Shown here: positions 37,303 through 41,819 of the stretch, piece after piece
Layout of the letters: each line of letters opens with the position of its first letter
Position numbering within the stretch: the first letter of the stretch is position 1
NCBI GenBank assembly: GCA_033763455.1
Contig: JANRKO010000065.1
Coordinates: forward strand, 1 to 41,819
Direction of reading: 5' to 3'
DNA: 41,819 bases
Source: Polyangiaceae bacterium
GTDB taxonomy: Bacteria; Myxococcota_A; Polyangia; Polyangiales; Polyangiaceae
Translations under genes and position numbers: made by a program
Notes under the pieces: generated by a model
What the model saw: the letters and a program-made list of their open reading frames with translations, nothing else
Told to the model about the DNA's origin: nothing
Database searches by the model: none

Positions 37303-40300
37303 TCACTGGTGTGTCGAGGAACTTCTCTTCTTCATCCAATTCCCCTTGGCGCGCGCGACAACCTGGCGCATGCCAACAGCTGCTTCCGTGTGGGAAATCG
37401 TTCCGGCGATGAGATCATTCATCAGTCGTCTCGCCATTCGTTCCCGCCTCACTGAATCTGCAAAGTCGAACGTGAACCCCACCCAATCGCGAAGTTTATC
37501 CGAGAGCGTGGTCGGCCCTTGCGGCATGAGGGCGCGCGACTTGGATTCTACGATCTGTTCGAGCTTCTGGATGAGCGCGGCCCAGGGCAAGGAGCTGTCC
37601 CGGTGGCTTCCTTCGAGTTCCCGAACAGTGCTGAGGGCAATCCCAGCATCCAGAACTCCCCAGTCGTCGTAGCTCATGAGTTGCGAGAAGGCCGCTTGCA
37701 GTGTGTCAGCGGAGGCGGCTTTCAAGCGCTGTAGCGCCGCTGTCACCCATTCGATGCTCACCCAGCGGTAGACGAGGTCGAGGCCGGTGCCCTTGATGTT
37801 CTGCAAGCCCATGATCTCCACGCGGGCTCCTGGAGGAGCCTGGCTCGCCGCTTGAAAGATGATGAAATCCCCGCTGACTCCGGGATCGTGAATGGGCACA
37901 ACTTGCTCCAAGAAGAGAGCGCGGTAGGCATCCGCAAAGGCTAACCGCAAACGTTCCGGGTCCGCCTTGCCCCATAGGGTCGCCGCTTCCAAGACCGCTG
38001 CGAGGGTTCGACGCCGCGAGAGCTCCGAAACAACAAACTCTCTAAAGGTAGCGGAGTAGTCACTGGCTACTGCAGAGTTCACAGCACTTCTTGTGGCGCT
38101 ATAGCTTTCTCCAAGTTGTGGCCTCAGCACTGATTGCAGCACCGAAGGCTCCAAAGGAGGCGCCTGCCAGCTCTGAAACTCGCGTGCAACACAGGCGGCG
38201 TCGGCTTCCCCAACCATCAGCCTTTGGAACGCCTCTTGGATACGCGTACGCAGGGCCTCGGAACGCTGGGCGTCGTCACCACTCAGGGTTCGGGTGGGAT
38301 CGATTTGTGCGATGTGGAGTTCGAGTTCTTCCTCGATGAACGCGAACAGCCCGGACACGTTGGTGCCAATAAGAATATGCCGATGAGCGCTGACGTCTTG
38401 AACGATAAGTCTGGCGAATACCCGGCTTCGGGCGAGTCGGTCGGCGCGATTGTTCACCACGGTAGTGAGCCATCTGCCTGGCGTTTGGTCGGGCTTGGCA
38501 CTGCTAAATCCAGTCCGTTCCCAGTTGCCGAGGGCGCCGGTTCGTTCGTTGGCGCTCATCCCGTTGGTGAATGAAACGGTCCTTCCAAGATACTGGACAG
38601 CGGGATAGGTCTTCAGCACTCCAAGATCGGCGACCACGTTGTCAGCCATCTCCGCTATTGCAACGGACTCCGGTACCCCAAGCGATCGAGCCAGAGCAGC
38701 GACGAGGGCGATATTTTTGGGGTGTTCGTTGTAGGGAAAGCGCCGCAAGAGATCGTCGGCAATGAGCTCTGCTTGCCGATCGCCCACGCTGACGAGTGAT
38801 GACCCCCGTTCCAGGGCTCGCTGGCGGATGACAGGTAGCATCTGATCTTCAGCGGACAAGACGTGAGCATTCTCCGGAACAAACTGGCTGATCACATCGG
38901 CGACATCGCGCCCGGTTGGCCCTTGTACATCCTCGTGATCAGGATAAGCGTTGGTGATGGTCGAGTAGTCGTCCCGCATCCATTGAAGCTGTAGCAGTTG
39001 AACGAGATCAGGCTGAAGCGCCATGCACTCCCACAGAAAAACCCGGACGTCAAAGCGGCGAGCGAGGTCGAGGACATGCTTCTGTTCCCCAATGCTAGCT
39101 TTGTCGTAGGCGCGGTAAACGAATACTTCCCGCGCAGGCACGCCGGGAATTGCGTGAATAAACATAGCTTCACAACCCGTGGTTTTCACGAAGCATTCGT
39201 AACCCATCCCATGAAAGAAGCCTGCCTTCAGGCGCGCTGTACCCGACTTGCCGCGTGTACCCCAGCCGCCCACAACGAGAGGCAGCTCTCGGCGCGTAGC
39301 GTCGATGGATCGCCGCTGAACCAGAGACCGTCCCAGAAAGGCGCACAGAATAGCTGCCGAGAATCCGGCGATATGCTGCAAGCTATTACCATGAGGGCTC
39401 AACGCATACTCCGAAAAGTCTTCTATCCAGGTAGGAAAGGCCATGCCGACGCCGCCAATCGTGAGGCGGGCTGATGCAGATCGGGTGACCTGAATTGCTG
39501 AGCTCGAAGGGGTACGTGTCGCACGTAGATGATCCGGAGTTGGAGCGGTTAAGCTGATTCCTAGCGCGTGAGGTTGAAAGGCGAGCTCAATTTCGAGCTC
39601 GCTCCGGATGCGCTGGGCATAGGTTTCCTTGATCATGCGTTCCCGAGCGCCGAGAGCCTTGAGGCGTAGAAGTGCGAACTCTTCGTAATTCCTCGTGAGC
39701 GTGACGAAGTTGGCGATTCGTTTGGCCAAGGTTGCAGGTGGGGTGAGTATTGTGGTGCCCGTAGCGCTGACGATGGACACGGGCTTTGGGTCGAAGATTC
39801 CGAGAGCGAGCAAGTCGTCTACCAATGGTAAGTGCGGTCCCGAATCGCCGGTCTCTCGGGAGAAAACGGGTTCGCCGGGGACTTCTGTGGCCGTTAGCTC
39901 CGATAGGCGAGTGGAAGGAGCACGCAAGGAGCCACGCATTTTCCGCCCGAGTAGGCGCCGGTGACCTTGGCGCTTGTTGGGAGAAGGATGGGTGAGCTCA
40001 AATAGGACTCGCCAGAGTGCTACGGTATGCTGCTCGCCGCGAAAAAGGCGCCAGCCTTTGCCATTATTGCTCAAGCTGAGCGGGTAGCTATCTCGAGCAA
40101 GGATATTCAAAACTTGGCCAAGCTCGGGTAAGCTCGGAGCCGTCCCGAGGTCGGGCTCAAGCTGAACAGCAGTCCCGAGCGGGACGGTTCGTATGATGCC
40201 GGCGAGTTGCCGGTGTGCATGTGATAGGATCGGTGTTGTCAAAACGTGAACCGCAGCCGCAGCTTCCAATAAGCGATTGTTAACCGCTGTTGGATGCCGG

Positions 40301-41313
40301 CCTCCCTCAGCGCAGCGCAGCAGTGCTGCAATAGCCTCGTGCGGTGCGATTAGCCGGGCATGGCGAGCCAAACGTTCTAGCTCTTGAGCAACGGTCTGCG
40401 CCACGAACGCATGCTCATCGGTGACAAGAATGTGCAGCAAGGGGGCCGGGCTCGTGCAGTATAGGCGTCGTGCGAGGGCAATGGCAGCATAGGCTCGTAC
40501 CCGGTGACTTGGGTCTGAACACGCTACGCTCGCCAACGCCTCGCGGTCTCGTTCAAAGCGAAGCGCTGTCATTCGCACTAAGTCACTCGGATCTTTGAGC
40601 GCAGTCCTCACGACATCCGCCCAGCTCGAGGAGCGCCGTCGACCTGCGAAGTCAACCATTCGCTCTCGGGCAAGAAAATCCTCGGGACCGAGGTCACTCG
40701 CGAGACGCTTCTGCGCCATCCTGATGGCAAGAGGCTCGTCGAGCTCGGCCAGTAGGGCCAATGCGCGCGGCTGCACCCAGCGATGCTCTGTCGGGTGAGC
40801 GAGTGTTATCGCCAATTCTAACAGCGTGGCATTCGCGCCACTCGCGCAGTTCAGTCGGGCCGCTTTAGTCAAGAGCGCCAGCGCTTCGGTGCGTCGAGAC
40901 CAACGACCGTTTTTGCGAGCGAGCTCAATGGCGAGCTCCCACGGAAATACTGCGAGCTCTTTCTGGGTGATGTGGGTTCGGGCAAGCGCCAGTGCCGCTT
41001 CCGCCGCAAGCTCGTGATTCAGTGCTGCGCGCGTTGCCCATTCGGTGAGTGCCGAGAGGGTCGGCGTTTTTGCACTGCGGCCCAATTTGCGGGGTGTGCG
41101 TGCCAAGTACGTTCGGACAAGTTCAGTTTCCTGTGCTGCGTTCTCCCCGATCGCCTGCAGGAGGCGCGCAAAATCTGTCCGACAACCTTCGGCAAGCAGC
41201 AGTGATGCGTGGGCCATTTGAACGAGCTTTCGAACATCCGTCACCGACGCGAGGTGTTCCAGTTCGTCACGGAGCAGGCGCTCCTGTAGGATGCTGAGGC
41301 GATACGGATTCAT
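37303..41313 (-). CDS. Poly-gamma-glutamate synthetase PgsB/CapB-like Mur-ligase with large HEAT-like N-terminal extension
   Basis: After a TM segment: GTRGKS, KTTG, ECMALQP, TNAYPDHEDVQGPT, EHPKNIAL, NGMSANE, NNRADR, QNIKGTG, collinear with CapB motifs. Start ATG 41313 (RBS AAGGAG, ATGA overlap with the upstream stop). Confidence 0.85.
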   Translation of the reverse strand: MNPYRLSILQERLLRDELEHLASVTDVRKLVQMAHASLLLAEGCRTDFARLLQAIGENAAQETELVRTYLARTPRKLGRSAKTPTLSALTEWATRAALNHELAAEAALALARTHITQKELAVFPWELAIELARKNGRWSRRTEALALLTKAARLNCASGANATLLELAITLAHPTEHRWVQPRALALLAELDEPLAIRMAQKRLASDLGPEDFLARERMVDFAGRRRSSSWADVVRTALKDPSDLVRMTALRFERDREALASVACSDPSHRVRAYAAIALARRLYCTSPAPLLHILVTDEHAFVAQTVAQELERLARHARLIAPHEAIAALLRCAEGGRHPTAVNNRLLEAAAAVHVLTTPILSHAHRQLAGIIRTVPLGTAVQLEPDLGTAPSLPELGQVLNILARDSYPLSLSNNGKGWRLFRGEQHTVALWRVLFELTHPSPNKRQGHRRLLGRKMRGSLRAPSTRLSELTATEVPGEPVFSRETGDSGPHLPLVDDLLALGIFDPKPVSIVSATGTTILTPPATLAKRIANFVTLTRNYEEFALLRLKALGARERMIKETYAQRIRSELEIELAFQPHALGISLTAPTPDHLRATRTPSSSAIQVTRSASARLTIGGVGMAFPTWIEDFSEYALSPHGNSLQHIAGFSAAILCAFLGRSLVQRRSIDATRRELPLVVGGWGTRGKSGTARLKAGFFHGMGYECFVKTTGCEAMFIHAIPGVPAREVFVYRAYDKASIGEQKHVLDLARRFDVRVFLWECMALQPDLVQLLQLQWMRDDYSTITNAYPDHEDVQGPTGRDVADVISQFVPENAHVLSAEDQMLPVIRQRALERGSSLVSVGDRQAELIADDLLRRFPYNEHPKNIALVAALARSLGVPESVAIAEMADNVVADLGVLKTYPAVQYLGRTVSFTNGMSANERTGALGNWERTGFSSAKPDQTPGRWLTTVVNNRADRLARSRVFARLIVQDVSAHRHILIGTNVSGLFAFIEEELELHIAQIDPTRTLSGDDAQRSEALRTRIQEAFQRLMVGEADAACVAREFQSWQAPPLEPSVLQSVLRPQLGESYSATRSAVNSAVASDYSATFREFVVSELSRRRTLAAVLEAATLWGKADPERLRLAFADAYRALFLEQVVPIHDPGVSGDFIIFQAASQAPPGARVEIMGLQNIKGTGLDLVYRWVSIEWVTAALQRLKAASADTLQAAFSQLMSYDDWGVLDAGIALSTVRELEGSHRDSSLPWAALIQKLEQIVESKSRALMPQGPTTLSDKLRDWVGFTFDFADSVRRERMARRLMNDLIAGTISHTEAAVGMRQVVARAKGNWMKKRSSSTHQ

Positions 41314-41717
41314 CGTTGGACTCCTTGGTACGTTCCGCGCCAAGGCACGCCGCCACCATGTTGCTCCGGAAAATCTACTTCTGAGGAGGAAAAATCTCTT
41401 ATGCCGTTCTCGGAACTAGCGCTCACGCTGACGAAACAGCCCACTTGCCAACTGCCGCTGCTCCGATAGGCCGCATTGGCTGAAGGTTGAACATTGAGGC
41501 TTTTCGGAATCAGCCAGTTGTCAAACCCCACTGACATCCCGACGGCAGCGTCGAACGGCGAGTCCCCGGCGCGGCTCGGCCTCGACCAGATGCCATCCGT
41601 GTGAAACCCGCCGCTCGCACGCCCAAGGGCGAGCAGCGTACCCACCCTCACAGAGCCTGTCTCAAGTGCACCAGCATCGTGTCCCATCGGCAAACGTGCG
41701 TGACCCAGGGGTGATTT
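41310..41717 (-). pseudogene. 3' remnant of a probable outer-membrane beta-strand protein, 5' part missing
   Basis: Frame open from 41717 to the stop at 41310 with amphipathic strands (AVGMSVGFDNW, WQVGCFVSVSAS) and coupled to the downstream gene. An in-frame TAG lies at 41718..41720, and there is no signal peptide or RBS. Confidence 0.5.
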
Positions 41718-41742
41718 CTAAGTGAGGTGGGGGCCGGAGGAT

Positions 41743-41819
41743 ATGCCTTTGGCGAGAGACGCAAGAGCTGAGATCGAAAAATTCACGCAGCAGGTTGATA
41801 GGTGGCGGCAGGAACGCAG
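41743..41819 (+). CDS. Partial ORF, possibly the first accessory ORF of an IS66-like element
   Basis: GGAGG at 41736..41740, then MPLARDARAEIEKFTQQVDRWRQER running off the window. It resembles the N-terminal ..F..WR..R pattern of IS66-associated small ORFs, but only 25 codons are visible. Confidence 0.35.
   Translation, partial: MPLARDARAEIEKFTQQVDRWRQER

Noticed and set aside
1..41819. tRNA, rRNA, CRISPR array, prophage or anti-phage defence genes
   Set aside because: No cloverleaf, regularly spaced repeat array or recognisable phage/defence motifs were seen by eye; a covariance-model and HMM scan would be needed to exclude them.

Overview
A ~42 kb chromosomal segment of moderately high GC. 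A Myxococcota (Polyangiales-like) origin is inferred from a MYXO-CTERM protein, a kinase/sigma54-activator fusion, a DUF1592/DUF1552 pair and many lipoproteins. The window starts in the 3' end of an IS3-family element and probably ends in the start of another IS. In order, it contains: (i) a ~6.9 kb integrase-less insert (metallophosphoesterase, DAG-kinase-like gene, and an ABC system whose two permeases carry one intact and one degenerate gluzincin domain), bounded by a 101-bp direct repeat of a lipoprotein gene's 3' end; (ii) housekeeping-type genes (trmB, aldo/keto reductase, cysQ, FAD oxidoreductase); (iii) two convergent sigma54 activators beside envelope genes with sigma54-type promoters; (iv) a 35-bp intergenic motif present twice in inverted orientation ~10.3 kb apart; (v) a TetR cassette, an AraC-DUF1592/DUF1552 unit, a GAF histidine kinase, and RibD-like and Fpg-like genes; (vi) a ~1336-aa PgsB/CapB-type poly-gamma-glutamate synthetase homolog with a large helical N-terminal extension, coupled to a truncated upstream beta-barrel-like gene. 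No tRNA, rRNA or CRISPR array was recognised. All family calls come from motifs read by eye, not from database searches.
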